Positions 46,707 through 56,498 of a stretch of 56,498 bases of DNA are shown here, one piece after another. Below the pieces are notes generated by a model. The model did not search any database, had not been told where the DNA came from, and saw only the letters and a program-made list of their open reading frames with translations. Origin of the DNA: Microcoleaceae cyanobacterium (GTDB lineage: Bacteria > Cyanobacteriota > Cyanobacteriia > Cyanobacteriales > Microcoleaceae); the NCBI GenBank assembly GCA_051652765.1, contig JBOFUV010000043.1, positions 1 through 56,498 on the forward strand, written 5' to 3'. A program made the translations under genes and the position numbers. Positions within the stretch are counted from its first letter, which is position 1. Each line of letters starts with the position of its first letter.

Positions 46707-47087
46707 CTATCGGCTGAGGATCGCCTGCCGGAATCTTACCACTCTAGACAATCCGTACCGCAAAAGTTGAGAGAGGCTGATCGGATGAGCGATCGCCCAA
46801 GTATTCAATCCTAGACACAGGCTTCCCAAAAATAACAGAATAAACGTTGGGGCTTTGACCACGCCAATATCAAACCAGGTATAAACATGAACAATCATTA
46901 ATACAGCATAAAAACTGGCACAACCCGTGATCAAACCCAATTTCAAGCGAGGCAATTGAAGTTCTATAAAAATTAGGGTCTGCAAGGTGGCGATGAGATT
47001 GGCCGGAACTAGAAAGGCGCAGATCGTCACGCAGTTGACTCTAGAAAATTCAGCAACACGAGGCCAATCCAAAATCCAATCCAGCAT
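46707..47087 (-). CDS. Conserved cyanobacterial membrane protein
   Basis: EFSRVNCVTICAFLVPANL...HVYTWF.IGVV.APTFILL; ATG at 47087 overlaps the upstream stop codon. Confidence 0.7.
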   Translation of the reverse strand: MLDWILDWPRVAEFSRVNCVTICAFLVPANLIATLQTLIFIELQLPRLKLGLITGCASFYAVLMIVHVYTWFDIGVVKAPTFILLFLGSLCLGLNTWAIAHPISLSQLLRYGLSRVVRFRQAILSR

Positions 47088-47194
47088 TATTCTCCAAGTT
47101 TCTTCACATTGGTGAACATCATCACGACACCGCTGACAAAGATGATTGCGGCTAACCCACCGATGATCACATTCTGCCAATCAATTCCTTCCAT
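47087..47194 (-). CDS. 35-aa single-TM microprotein
   Basis: MEGIDWQNVIIGGLAAIIFVSGVVMMFTNVKKLGE; TAATG stop/start overlap with the next gene. Confidence 0.6.
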   Translation of the reverse strand: MEGIDWQNVIIGGLAAIIFVSGVVMMFTNVKKLGE

Positions 47195-47335
47195 AGGGTT
47201 TGAGTAGTAGCACTTAGATGACAATAACACAATTCCATTTTTCCTGGCCAACTCGTAAGGCCACTCCAAGCATTCGCACAGTCTCTGAGCGGGAGGCAAT
47301 ACTGATCAAAACTAAGATCACTCAAGGTCTATCTC

Positions 47336-47371
47336 AAAAAAAGAGAAGGACAACTTTTGGAGTTGCCCTTC
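47336..47371 (-). terminator. Intrinsic terminator of the RTX gene
   Basis: Minus strand GAAGGGCAACT-CCAAA-AGTTGTCCTTC-TCTTTTTTT. Confidence 0.75.
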
Positions 47372-47403
47372 AACAGAGAGATTAGTGACTGTACGAGTAG
47401 TCC

Positions 47404-48306
47404 TTAGAACAACTCAAAATTATCCACAGTAATCTCTGGGTTACCCACAAAGGTTGCAACTAGCTCACCCTCGAAGTAGACTTCACCAGTCTCACGGACG
47501 TAGACCAGAGCGGTATCAGCATCGGCCAGTTGAGACTCAGCATCAACAGCCGTAAACTCACTGGCTTCTACACTTGCACCGAGGGATGCAAATGTATCAG
47601 TCCCTAAGAGAATCCGGTCAGTTCCAGCATCAAAGCCGACTACGGTATCCGCATTTGCAGACCCTGTGAAGCTGAAACCAAACGCATCAGAACCCCCGTC
47701 GGTATCGACTAGGCGGTCATTGCCCTTGTCACCGAACAGAGTGTCATTGCCGCTGCCACCTTGAACCGTGTCATTGCCTTGACCACCATAGATGATGTCA
47801 TTGCCTGCACCGCCTTGGAGGAAGTCATTGTCTTGGTTTCCATAGACAACGTCATCTCCGTCACCACCGTTTATGGAGTCAGCGCCCTCACCACCAAAGA
47901 TAGTATCGTTGCCTGCACCACCGTCTATAGTGTCACTGCCTGCACCACCCAACACTCTATCGTTACCTTCACCTGAGAAGATCAGGTCATCTCCTGCATC
48001 ACCGGAAACCTCGTCGTCTCCAGCTCCACTGAAGACAGTATCATTGCCTGCGCCGCCAAAAACAGCATCAGACCCAGAACCACCGACAACTGAGTCATTA
48101 CCGCCACCTGCAGAGATCTCAAGATCACTCGTTGATTTGCTAAAAGCAAAAATGTCTGCGCCCCCTGTGCCACCCACAAAGGCAACAGGATTTCCACCGA
48201 CACTTTGAGACTGAGAAAACTGAACGCTATTTGCACCGGGTGGGGGCAATAAACTGACTCCGCCATCTTCAAAAACTGGGGTGGTAGGGTTAGTTACCTG
48301 TGACAT
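47404..48306 (-). CDS. RTX/hemolysin-type calcium-binding surface protein
   Basis: Many GGxGxDxUx nonapeptides; GAGGAGG RBS; no catalytic domain seen. Confidence 0.88.
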   Translation of the reverse strand: MSQVTNPTTPVFEDGGVSLLPPPGANSVQFSQSQSVGGNPVAFVGGTGGADIFAFSKSTSDLEISAGGGNDSVVGGSGSDAVFGGAGNDTVFSGAGDDEVSGDAGDDLIFSGEGNDRVLGGAGSDTIDGGAGNDTIFGGEGADSINGGDGDDVVYGNQDNDFLQGGAGNDIIYGGQGNDTVQGGSGNDTLFGDKGNDRLVDTDGGSDAFGFSFTGSANADTVVGFDAGTDRILLGTDTFASLGASVEASEFTAVDAESQLADADTALVYVRETGEVYFEGELVATFVGNPEITVDNFELF

Positions 48307-49085
48307 AATTCCTCCTCACGAGAAGTTTACTTTACTAAAAAACTGCAACACTGGGATTCTACACTAGGAGTTAGGATATCTGGTAGGTTTTTGACCTAAC
48401 GGTAAGGGTTCTGAAAAAACACTAAGCCTAACAAAGCCAGCATTTAGTTTAACGAACACTCCAATAAGGTAACAACCGAGTAAATTCGGATTTTATCAAG
48501 GTGCAAGTTGTAAAACAATATGTCCTACAGCCTGACTTCATAGTTTCACTATCATCACACCATTTACATAACCTGAATCAAATCCAGTTTTCAGTTGAAT
48601 CCGCAAAAATTCTGTATCAGAATAGCAGAATTTTGGTCGGAATTTCAAGAAACTGGCACGCTTTTCAGAGAAACACATCAGCCTGACTAAGTGTTAGGTT
48701 CGAAGTTACAGGTATTCACAGTTCCATAGAGATTTTAGAAATGTTAACCATATTGGAGCTAGAGTTAGTGCTGCTACCTAGAACCTGTGCAAAAATTTGA
48801 CTCCTGTCGCTGCAAGCCCGAAGCTTAGAAGCTACAGAGGAATTTCAGTAGCAAAGAGAATAACCCTTTGCCTCAAGACTGAAGAGCGTTTAGAAAGTTC
48901 CCAGTAGTAAAAAAAAAATTCTGGGATTCCCTAGAACGCTTGCCTCCGTACCAGAAAGCGAAACCTAAGATCTACAGTTAGCGTCTGTTTTCTCAGCCTC
49001 TATCCTTCAGCCCTCAAGGGTTAGAGTGTGATTTTAGCGGACTGAGCATTATTCCCTAACGCTCAATCCGTTAAAATGCTTACAT

Positions 49086-50867
49086 TTGATTCACACTCCT
49101 ACCTGTAAAAGTATTATGACTCATCCCCAGACTTCCCCTGAGAGCAAACGGAGAACAGCAATATCTGTTCTTTCCTCAAGTCGGTGTTTCTTCCTGAAGC
49201 TCAAAACGTCCGGCTTTGCTGTGATTTTGCTAGCAACTCTAGGATTTCTAGAGCAGCCTACTCAGGCTAAGTTTTTAGCTGCACCCTCTAACCCCTTAAC
49301 CGTTAACCCTTTAACCGTTGCCTCAACAACCCAGGAGCCAACTTTAGGGCAGCTTGTCCAAACTCAGCCCGCTGCTCAAACCCAGGTAATTTACATCGAT
49401 CCGGTGAATGGGCTCGACACCGCTAGTGGCAGTCAAGCTAGCCCGCTCCGAAGTATTACTCACGCGCTCCAGCGGGTGAAACCGGGAATGATGATTCAGC
49501 TTGCCCCTGGAACCTATTCTCAGGAAAATGGGGAAGTTTTTCCAATTCTCCTGCCCAATGGAGTCATCTTACAGGGAGACCGGGCTAGTAATGGCCAACG
49601 CATTGTGATTGTGGGAGGGGGCAACTTTGTCAGTCCGACCTTTGCGCGTCAGAACGCGACTCTCCGAACCGCAGGCAACAGTCAAGTTCTGGGGGTTACT
49701 ATTACCAACCCGAATACCCGTGGAACAGCGCTCTGGATCGAGTCTTCTAGTCCAACGGTGATGAACTCTACCTTTGTCAATAGCAAACGGGATGGGATTT
49801 TTATCAGTGCCGAGGGCAACCCCAAGGTGATAGAGAATATCTTTACTCAAAATGAGGGAAATGGGATTTCAGTGGCTCGGTCAGGTCAAGGAGAAATTCG
49901 CAACAATCTCTTCCAAAATACGGGGTTTGGTGTGTCAATCAACGATCAGGCTGCCCCGTTAATTATCGAAAATAAAATCGTTGACAACCGAGATGGGATT
50001 GTGATTTCTCACACTGCAAAGCCAACGCTGCGAAATAATTTGATTGAGAATAATAGTCGAGATGGGGTAGTGGCGATCGCCCAGGCTCAGCCAGATTTGG
50101 GCACCGCTGGCAATCCGGGCCAAAACATCATTCGGAACAATGGCCGTCATGAAGTTTACAATGCCACTCGGGGCTATACGATTTCTGCCGTTGACAATGA
50201 CATTGATCCCAGCCAAATTTCTGGGCCTGTCGAGCTGGTTGCCGTTGCGGTCAAGCCGCCTAACGTTTCTGTCGGTTCTGGAACGAGTTCAGACTTGCGA
50301 GGACATTGGGCTCAGTCCTACATTGAAGCATTAATCGTAAAAGGGGTGATGTCGGGGTTTGGGGATGGCTCCTTTCGCCCTGATGAACCCATTACCCGAG
50401 CCCAGTTTGCCACCATTGTTCAAAAAGCGTTCAATCCTGCGCCTCAGCAGCCTGAAACTCAGTTTGGGGATGTGGCTAGAAATTTCTGGGGTTACGGGGC
50501 CATTCAGGCTGCCTATCGAGCCAAGTTTCTGTCCGGGTTTCCAGATGGGAAATTCCGCCCAAATGACCGAGTCACCAGAGTTCAGGGATTGGTGAGTCTG
50601 GCAAACGGTTTAGGGTATGCTTCGGAGAATACAAAAATCTTATCCGTCTATCAGGATGCCAATGCAGTTCCAAACTGGGCACTGAAACCCTTGGCTGGAG
50701 CTACGGAGAAACAGCTCGTGGTCAACTATCCCCAGCAAAACCGCTTGAATCCGAACCAACCCGCAACCCGTGCCGATGTTGCCGCCTTTGTTTACCAGGC
50801 ATTAGTCAACTCAGGACAAGCCCAAGCTATTACCTCTCCCTATTTGGTTCAGTCCCCTAGACCGTGA
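49086..50867 (+). CDS. DUF1565 right-handed beta-helix plus 3 SLH domain protein
   Basis: YIDP..G.D...GS...PLRSITHAL...LAPGTYS; beta-helix N-G-I repeats; HWAQ...FRPDEPITRAQFA SLH motifs; start uncertain. Confidence 0.85.
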   Translation: MIHTPTCKSIMTHPQTSPESKRRTAISVLSSSRCFFLKLKTSGFAVILLATLGFLEQPTQAKFLAAPSNPLTVNPLTVASTTQEPTLGQLVQTQPAAQTQVIYIDPVNGLDTASGSQASPLRSITHALQRVKPGMMIQLAPGTYSQENGEVFPILLPNGVILQGDRASNGQRIVIVGGGNFVSPTFARQNATLRTAGNSQVLGVTITNPNTRGTALWIESSSPTVMNSTFVNSKRDGIFISAEGNPKVIENIFTQNEGNGISVARSGQGEIRNNLFQNTGFGVSINDQAAPLIIENKIVDNRDGIVISHTAKPTLRNNLIENNSRDGVVAIAQAQPDLGTAGNPGQNIIRNNGRHEVYNATRGYTISAVDNDIDPSQISGPVELVAVAVKPPNVSVGSGTSSDLRGHWAQSYIEALIVKGVMSGFGDGSFRPDEPITRAQFATIVQKAFNPAPQQPETQFGDVARNFWGYGAIQAAYRAKFLSGFPDGKFRPNDRVTRVQGLVSLANGLGYASENTKILSVYQDANAVPNWALKPLAGATEKQLVVNYPQQNRLNPNQPATRADVAAFVYQALVNSGQAQAITSPYLVQSPRP

Positions 50868-50892
50868 TAAGTTCCCTGGCTGCAGCCCTACC

Positions 50893-52362
50893 CTAGCTCA
50901 AAACCCATTGAACTAGCGATCGCACTGCAAACCCAGTAGCTCCAGTACTCTTGTAGCCATAGTCCTTGTCGGCCCAGACTGTTCCGGCAACATCAAAATG
51001 TGCCCAAGGGGTCTTTTTAACAAATTGCTTCAGGAACAAAGCTGCGGTGATCGCACCTCCTGAACGGGGGCCAGTATTCTTGATATCAGCGTGAATGGAT
51101 TTTAGCCCCTCAAAGTAGGATTCTTCCAAGGGCATTCGCCAGAGTTTTTCCCCCGTTGCTTTTGAAGCTGCTTCCAACTCAGCCGCCAGATCATCGTTAG
51201 GGCTCCAGAGTCCAGCAATGTCATTGCCTAGAGCAATCACACAAGCTCCTGTCAGGGTAGCCAGGTCAACAATGGCATCTACCCCCAACCGATCTGCAAA
51301 CACCAGCGCATCAGCCAAGGTGAGCCGTCCTTCAGCATCGGTATTGTTGACCTCAATGGTTTTGCCATTAGAGGCTGTGAGAAAATCTCCAGGGTGCATC
51401 GCGCGTCCGCTAATCATGTTTTCAGTCACGGCACTAATAAAGTGCACTTCCACATCTGGCTTGAGCTGGCCAATGGCTTTAGCCGCCCCAAAGGTTGCAG
51501 CTGCACCCCCCATGTCCGTTTTCATCATTTCAATGCTGCTCGCGCCAACCTTGAGGTTTAACCCGCCAGAGTCAAATGTGAGACCCTTACCCACAATTGC
51601 TAGCTTGCGACGAGGGGTTCCTGAGGGTTTATAGGTGAGGTGAATAAACTTAGGCGGCAACTCCGAAGCTTGAGCAACCCCTAAAAAAGCTCCCATCCCT
51701 AGTTTTTCACAGTCTTCCTGCTCTAAAATCTCAAGTTCAAATCCATACTCAGTGGCCAAACCCTGGGCCATCTCAGCCATGGTGACAGAATTCACTGCAT
51801 TCGCCGGAGCAGCAACCAATTCACGGGCGAGGAAAACTCCAGAGCAAATCTGTTGGGCCTGGGTAACGGCTGCTTCTGTTCCAACAAGTCCCAACAATTC
51901 AACCTGTTCAAGTTTTGTGCCCTTGTCATCTGACTCTGATTTGAACCGATTGTCCTGATAGAGCGCAAGCTCGATCCCTTCTACAATTGCTTGAGTGGTG
52001 GCTGCCGGTGTTTCAAAGACAGGCAGGCTAATCCCTAGGGTTTTGCACTTAATTGCTTTGGCTAAGCGAGCAGCGCTGGCTGCCCCTACTCGTAACGTCT
52101 CCAGTTTCAAATCCTCAGGCTTGCCTAAGCCAATCAGAATCACCTTCCGCACTGGACTAGTCCCTCCCACCCGCGATGAGGCACTGTTATTCGCCTTACC
52201 TTCAAATGCCGTCTCTGAAATCAGTTCCTGCAGAGTTCCTGCCAATTTCTCGTCCAACTGGGCCAGATCCTCTGGGAGTGTAAGTTCATTCTCAAACAAC
52301 CCAATGACAAGAGTATCTCCAGCCCAGTCTAAGCGCGGCGCATCTACAACTCGAAATTCCAT
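50893..52362 (-). CDS. pepA: Leucyl aminopeptidase (M17)
   Basis: [36 protein letters not shown]. Confidence 0.96.
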   Translation of the reverse strand: MEFRVVDAPRLDWAGDTLVIGLFENELTLPEDLAQLDEKLAGTLQELISETAFEGKANNSASSRVGGTSPVRKVILIGLGKPEDLKLETLRVGAASAARLAKAIKCKTLGISLPVFETPAATTQAIVEGIELALYQDNRFKSESDDKGTKLEQVELLGLVGTEAAVTQAQQICSGVFLARELVAAPANAVNSVTMAEMAQGLATEYGFELEILEQEDCEKLGMGAFLGVAQASELPPKFIHLTYKPSGTPRRKLAIVGKGLTFDSGGLNLKVGASSIEMMKTDMGGAAATFGAAKAIGQLKPDVEVHFISAVTENMISGRAMHPGDFLTASNGKTIEVNNTDAEGRLTLADALVFADRLGVDAIVDLATLTGACVIALGNDIAGLWSPNDDLAAELEAASKATGEKLWRMPLEESYFEGLKSIHADIKNTGPRSGGAITAALFLKQFVKKTPWAHFDVAGTVWADKDYGYKSTGATGFAVRSLVQWVLS

Positions 52363-52504
52363 ACGACGTATCTTTACTGTGAAATTCTTGTAATACTCAA
52401 CACTATAGCTGAACTTTTTCCTGACTTGAGCAGACTGTAGGGGCTCAAACAGGAATCAGGTAGGAGGATGGACTGGTGCAGCCTATTGACTGAGACCAAC
52501 GCAC

Positions 52505-52548
52505 AATCAGAACACAATTAAATCAGAACACAATTAAATCAGAACACA
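52505..52548. repeat. 16-bp tandem repeat x2.8
   Basis: AATCAGAACACAATTA. Confidence 0.85.
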
Positions 52549-52582
52549 AAAAACGAGGAAGGTTAGCTTTTAACCCTCCTCG
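52548..52582 (-). terminator. Intrinsic terminator of the porin gene
   Basis: Minus strand CGAGGAGGGTTA-AAAGC-TAACCTTCCTCG-TTTTTT. Confidence 0.8.
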
Positions 52583-52633
52583 CCAATCAAAAGATGGAAC
52601 TCAAACCATCCAGCTTAGACAAATAGTTCTGCC

Positions 52634-54535
52634 CTAGAAGCGGAACTGAGTCCGAAGAGTCCCTACAACAGTAGTATCATTATCCTCGTTGTGATCAGGA
52701 TTGGTGACAACAAAAACTCCTGGAGTCACCGAAATGTAGTCATTCACTTGGAAGCGATAAAAGGCTTCAATGTGAATTGAGGAATCTCTGTCTTCTAAAT
52801 CCTCAACGTCATGATTGACAACGATAGGAGGAACGCCGACCAATATACCGCCTAGGTCACCGTCATTGAGAAGGTCAGGAAACGCAAGGGTCACAGCACC
52901 ATTCAGGATAGTCGCATCCCGATCTCCGCCGCCTTCCTCTTGAGCCCAAGCCACCCCAAACCAGCCGCCAATTTCGAACCAGTCTGCAATGCCCCAGTTG
53001 GCTTGAATACCCAGGTTATCCGATGAAGTTGCACCGTTACCAAAGGGCCTTCTTGCAATAAAGCTTCCAGTTCCACCAGAAACGTCAACATTATCTTCCC
53101 GGAAGTATCGGTGAGAATATTCAACCGCTACGCCAAAATCATCAAAGGGTTCAAAGGCAACTTGAGCAGACGCACTGTAGCTGCCGTTGAACAAGCCTCG
53201 GCCATCACTCGCATCTGCACCATCACCGGTTAGATAACCGACAGTAACGGTAGCAAGATCCTCAAAGCTATACCTGAACATTGCTCCAACCCCTTGAGGG
53301 CCACGAGCAGTCAAAGGATTATAACGTCCAAATCGGGAGGCAACCCCTGCACCTGTACTCTGAAGGGGGTTAAGAATTTGATTTAAATCATCTAGGTCAA
53401 GACTGTTGGCACCAATGAAAACTTGACCATTACCCAATACAGGGAAGCGATAGTACAAATCATCAAGCTCAAATCCTCCGTCTCCACCATCAGTACTCAA
53501 ACGAGTCATTAAGGTGTTGTTTAAACTCGTTCTGCTAAGGTTTGGAAGATTGGCAACCTGCAAACGAGTTCGCAACAGATCTTCCCCTGTAAAGCTGGTA
53601 TCAAAGTTGAGACGAACCCGATAGCCGAAGAAAGTTTGGGTTGGGTCGTCATCTTCTTCGACTAACCCTCTCGGGTCATCGTAGCCAGGGTTAAATTCAT
53701 CATCATCGTCATCATCATCGTCGTCATCATTGTCGTCATCAAACTCGAAGCCTTGGTTGCCGTTCACGTTATAGGTAGAGCGGTCACCAAAGGTATCTCC
53801 AGCGAAGAAAATAATTTCCCCGTTCAGCTTGGTTGTTGTAGAGAACTGGTTGGCTTCCAACTCAGCAGTCCGAGCTTCTAGAGCTAACACCCGACCTCTG
53901 AGGGCCGCGAGTTCAGCCGCAAACTCTTCTTGAAGGCGTTGTAGAACAGCCAAATCTTCACGGGTCACAAGGTTGGCCGTTGAAGCAGCAATCAACTCAT
54001 TGACTCGTTCCAAACAGGCATTTAAACCTGCAGCAAACTCAAAGCGAGTCATTGCTCGGTTACCTTTGTAGGTTCCGTCGGGATATCCAGCAATACAACC
54101 GTAGCGCTCAACCAGGGACTGCAGCGCTTGGAACGCCCAATCTGTCGGTTGAACATCTGAAAGCTGCGAAACAGAAGTCACCTGATCCATTGCATCAGTT
54201 GCTTCTTCCGCGTAGGAATTAACTTGCTCTAAGCCAGAAGCGGCATCAGGCTGAGGTTCATTCTCAACTTGAGCCAACTGGAACTGAACGCCTTCAGGTG
54301 CTACAAGGGTGCTTTCTAGGGAAAGCACTTGGGCTGGAGCCTCACCTGCTGCTTCTGTAGGCAGAGAAACAGGCTGCTCTAGAACCTGAGCATCTGAACT
54401 CGATTGAGCTGAAATTACAGAATCCTGCCCTGCGGGCTGCGTTTCGATGGCTAGGGCAGCATTTGCTAAAAGGAAAACAGCTCCCAGAATACCTGGGCTC
54501 TGTTTAATTGCATTCCATAGGATTTTGTTCATCAT
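52634..54535 (-). CDS. Cyanobacterial SLH-domain outer membrane porin (SomA/OprB-like)
   Basis: QVTSVSQLSDVQPTDWAFQALQSLVERYGC, FSTTTKL, RVRLNFDTSFTG, C-terminal LRTQFRF. Confidence 0.93.
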   Translation of the reverse strand: MMNKILWNAIKQSPGILGAVFLLANAALAIETQPAGQDSVISAQSSSDAQVLEQPVSLPTEAAGEAPAQVLSLESTLVAPEGVQFQLAQVENEPQPDAASGLEQVNSYAEEATDAMDQVTSVSQLSDVQPTDWAFQALQSLVERYGCIAGYPDGTYKGNRAMTRFEFAAGLNACLERVNELIAASTANLVTREDLAVLQRLQEEFAAELAALRGRVLALEARTAELEANQFSTTTKLNGEIIFFAGDTFGDRSTYNVNGNQGFEFDDDNDDDDDDDDDDEFNPGYDDPRGLVEEDDDPTQTFFGYRVRLNFDTSFTGEDLLRTRLQVANLPNLSRTSLNNTLMTRLSTDGGDGGFELDDLYYRFPVLGNGQVFIGANSLDLDDLNQILNPLQSTGAGVASRFGRYNPLTARGPQGVGAMFRYSFEDLATVTVGYLTGDGADASDGRGLFNGSYSASAQVAFEPFDDFGVAVEYSHRYFREDNVDVSGGTGSFIARRPFGNGATSSDNLGIQANWGIADWFEIGGWFGVAWAQEEGGGDRDATILNGAVTLAFPDLLNDGDLGGILVGVPPIVVNHDVEDLEDRDSSIHIEAFYRFQVNDYISVTPGVFVVTNPDHNEDNDTTVVGTLRTQFRF

Positions 54536-54715
54536 CTCCAATCTCACACCGACTTAAAAATACTAAAGCAAGGGAGTCCCCAGCTCAACTGAACCAATAG
54601 TACCACAGATCAAATTAAATGTAGTCTTGCCTCAAATTGAGCGGAGACCCAAGGACATCAGGCTTTCCCCGGTTGACTCCAGCACTTCAACAATAGCCTA
54701 ACATCCCTCTTCCCT

Positions 54716-56498
54716 CTATACAATCTGTCCAGAATTTATCCGGCGAATTGCTACAACTGCTGGTTTTGGTGGCTCATTTTGCCGCAAACTGGGCCAATTA
54801 GATCCCATTGGCACTTGTCGGGTCTGCATAAACTCTTGGCCATTAGTTGTCTTGAGAGAAAATTCTCGTTTCTCAGACCCCATATCCTTACGTGTTCCCT
54901 TATTTTCTCCAGGATGCTGAACGGCGATGAATAGGGTTTCCTGATTTTCCGTAAAGAATGGCCCAGTCATTTCACATTCCATTGGCCCCATGGCAAACAG
55001 ATAGCCATTGCCCGCATTTTCACCGGAAGTGGGGAAGAACCACAGAGAGTTGTTCCCAAAGATTCCAGCTATTTCGGGCTGCTCCATGGGTTGATTCTTT
55101 TTGGGATTCATCCGTCCCATAGGAACGGCTTTGTTCGTTTTGCTCGTGGAGACATCCGTGACCATCCAGAGGTTCCCATTGCGGTCGAATTCTAGGTTGT
55201 CAGGGTTGGAGAACCCTAGACCGCCGTCAGCAACCTCGCCTCCGGTGGCAAACATTTCCCAACGGAATTTCAGGGCATCAGGGGCGTTGTTCTCCTCGTC
55301 CAAACGCATAATCCAGCCATATTCCCACATATTGCTATCAGGCCCCTTGAATACTCGCAGATCTGGCCCGCCAGTTTCTTCTTCCGGGAAACCGGAGGTG
55401 AAGGCAATAAATGCAGCGCCATTGGGCCCGATTTCTGTATCTTCAGGGCGCGCTGTGCAGGTGGCCCCAGCCGCACTAGCGGCCAGATGAGCATCAATTA
55501 GAATGGCCCCCTGAAGTTCTTCGGGAGTATTGCCCTGGTACAAATCTCCTAAAGTCTTAAACTGTTGTTTAAATTTCGTAATGTCTGCCGCCGTTGTTGC
55601 CAAAAAGTCCCCCCCTTCAGGGCGTTGTGGCAAGCCAATCGTGCCACCTGCATGGACTTCAGGTGCATCAGGATTGACGGGAGTATCTGCTTTGAGGGGA
55701 ATCCATTCCCCGGAACCGTCCGCGTTGAACTTGGCAGCATAGAGCATTCCAGTGTTCAGGAAACGGGAATTGGCTTTGTCTTTGGGATCAACCACCGCCT
55801 CTGCACTCACAAACTTGTACAGATGTCCACCTCGGCGATCACATCCTGAATAGAAGATTAAGGGTTTTCCAACTTCTGCCCGGATTGCAACGGCTTCATG
55901 GCGGTAACGCCCCAGCCAAGTATGTTTTGTCCCATAATCTTCTGGATTGGCGGGATCAATTTCGACCATCCAACCGTACTTGTTTCCGGCCAAGCCAAAC
56001 ACATTCCCTAAGCCTTCAAGGGCTCCAGAGAAGGGCTTTTTGCTGGGAGGATAGGAGGTGCCATCGGGGTACATGGCATCCGCAACATACATCTGAACGT
56101 TCTCTTCCCCGCTAAACACCGTTCCCCAAGGGGTTGTTCCGCCCGCACAGTTGCCAAAGGTACCAATGATGCGATCGCCTAGACCGTCGTCATACCCCTG
56201 GCCCTTTTTCTTAAAAACAGCCGTGGCTGGCCCGGTTGATTTTAGATAGCGGTTGTCTGTCCAGCCAGACAGCCCAGTTACTCGGCGATCAGCCTTGGAA
56301 AAGGTGCGTTCCCACTGTCCTTCAGCATTGCGACGTAGGGAAATTACCCCCAGCCCTAGATCCGTCAATCCTTCTTGAGACACCTTGAGAACAGCTTGTC
56401 GCGCTGCATTATCTGCCTTAAGCCCAAAAGCATTAATTTCCGCATTCTTAGAGGATTTTAGGGCGGCTTCCAATTTTGCCATGGGCAAGGATTTGCCA
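54716..56498 (-). CDS. phoX: PhoX family alkaline phosphatase (5' partial)
   Basis: GTFGNCAGGTTPWGT, KYGWMVE, LGRYRHE, RPED, NPDNL, ECEMTG, AVQHPG. Confidence 0.9.
   Translation of the reverse strand, partial: GKSLPMAKLEAALKSSKNAEINAFGLKADNAARQAVLKVSQEGLTDLGLGVISLRRNAEGQWERTFSKADRRVTGLSGWTDNRYLKSTGPATAVFKKKGQGYDDGLGDRIIGTFGNCAGGTTPWGTVFSGEENVQMYVADAMYPDGTSYPPSKKPFSGALEGLGNVFGLAGNKYGWMVEIDPANPEDYGTKHTWLGRYRHEAVAIRAEVGKPLIFYSGCDRRGGHLYKFVSAEAVVDPKDKANSRFLNTGMLYAAKFNADGSGEWIPLKADTPVNPDAPEVHAGGTIGLPQRPEGGDFLATTAADITKFKQQFKTLGDLYQGNTPEELQGAILIDAHLAASAAGATCTARPEDTEIGPNGAAFIAFTSGFPEEETGGPDLRVFKGPDSNMWEYGWIMRLDEENNAPDALKFRWEMFATGGEVADGGLGFSNPDNLEFDRNGNLWMVTDVSTSKTNKAVPMGRMNPKKNQPMEQPEIAGIFGNNSLWFFPTSGENAGNGYLFAMGPMECEMTGPFFTENQETLFIAVQHPGENKGTRKDMGSEKREFSLKTTNGQEFMQTRQVPMGSNWPSLRQNEPPKPAVVAIRRINSGQIV

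Larger units (their letters stand above)
4204..56178. repeat. Dispersed HIP1 octamers (GCGATCGC)
   Basis: Dozens of copies, e.g. near 4204, 5348, 6212, 9479, 20623, 30051, 39791, 50073 and 56171. Confidence 0.9.

Overview
Chromosomal window from a cyanobacterium. The HIP1 octamer GCGATCGC recurs throughout, and psaL, psaI, psaK, furC, ndbB, a Tab2-family gene and an SLH porin are present. Gene density is high and most genes are housekeeping. Phosphate-scavenging enzymes sit at both ends: a phytase-RTX and PhoA-RTX pair with an SphR Pho box on the left, and PhoX beside an acidic porin on the right. I found no rRNA, tRNA, CRISPR array, transposase or prophage. The best leads are four. (1) A HetF-like CHAT protease fused to an FHA domain, followed by an unannotated Cys/His microprotein ORF and a gene that appears PatU3-like, which may be a paralogous protease-substrate module. 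(2) A photolyase-fold flavoprotein with the plant-cryptochrome Asp at the FAD N5 position, a remodelled lesion-binding site and a clamp-motif-like C-terminus. (3) An arsH / atypical CX5R phosphatase / MFS cluster. (4) A CBM20-SGNH-repeat-DUF1796 fusion. Many unrelated 12-16 bp tandem duplications and two small palindromic repeat families lie at gene boundaries. All family assignments come from motif recognition by eye and recalled reference sequences; no searches were run.
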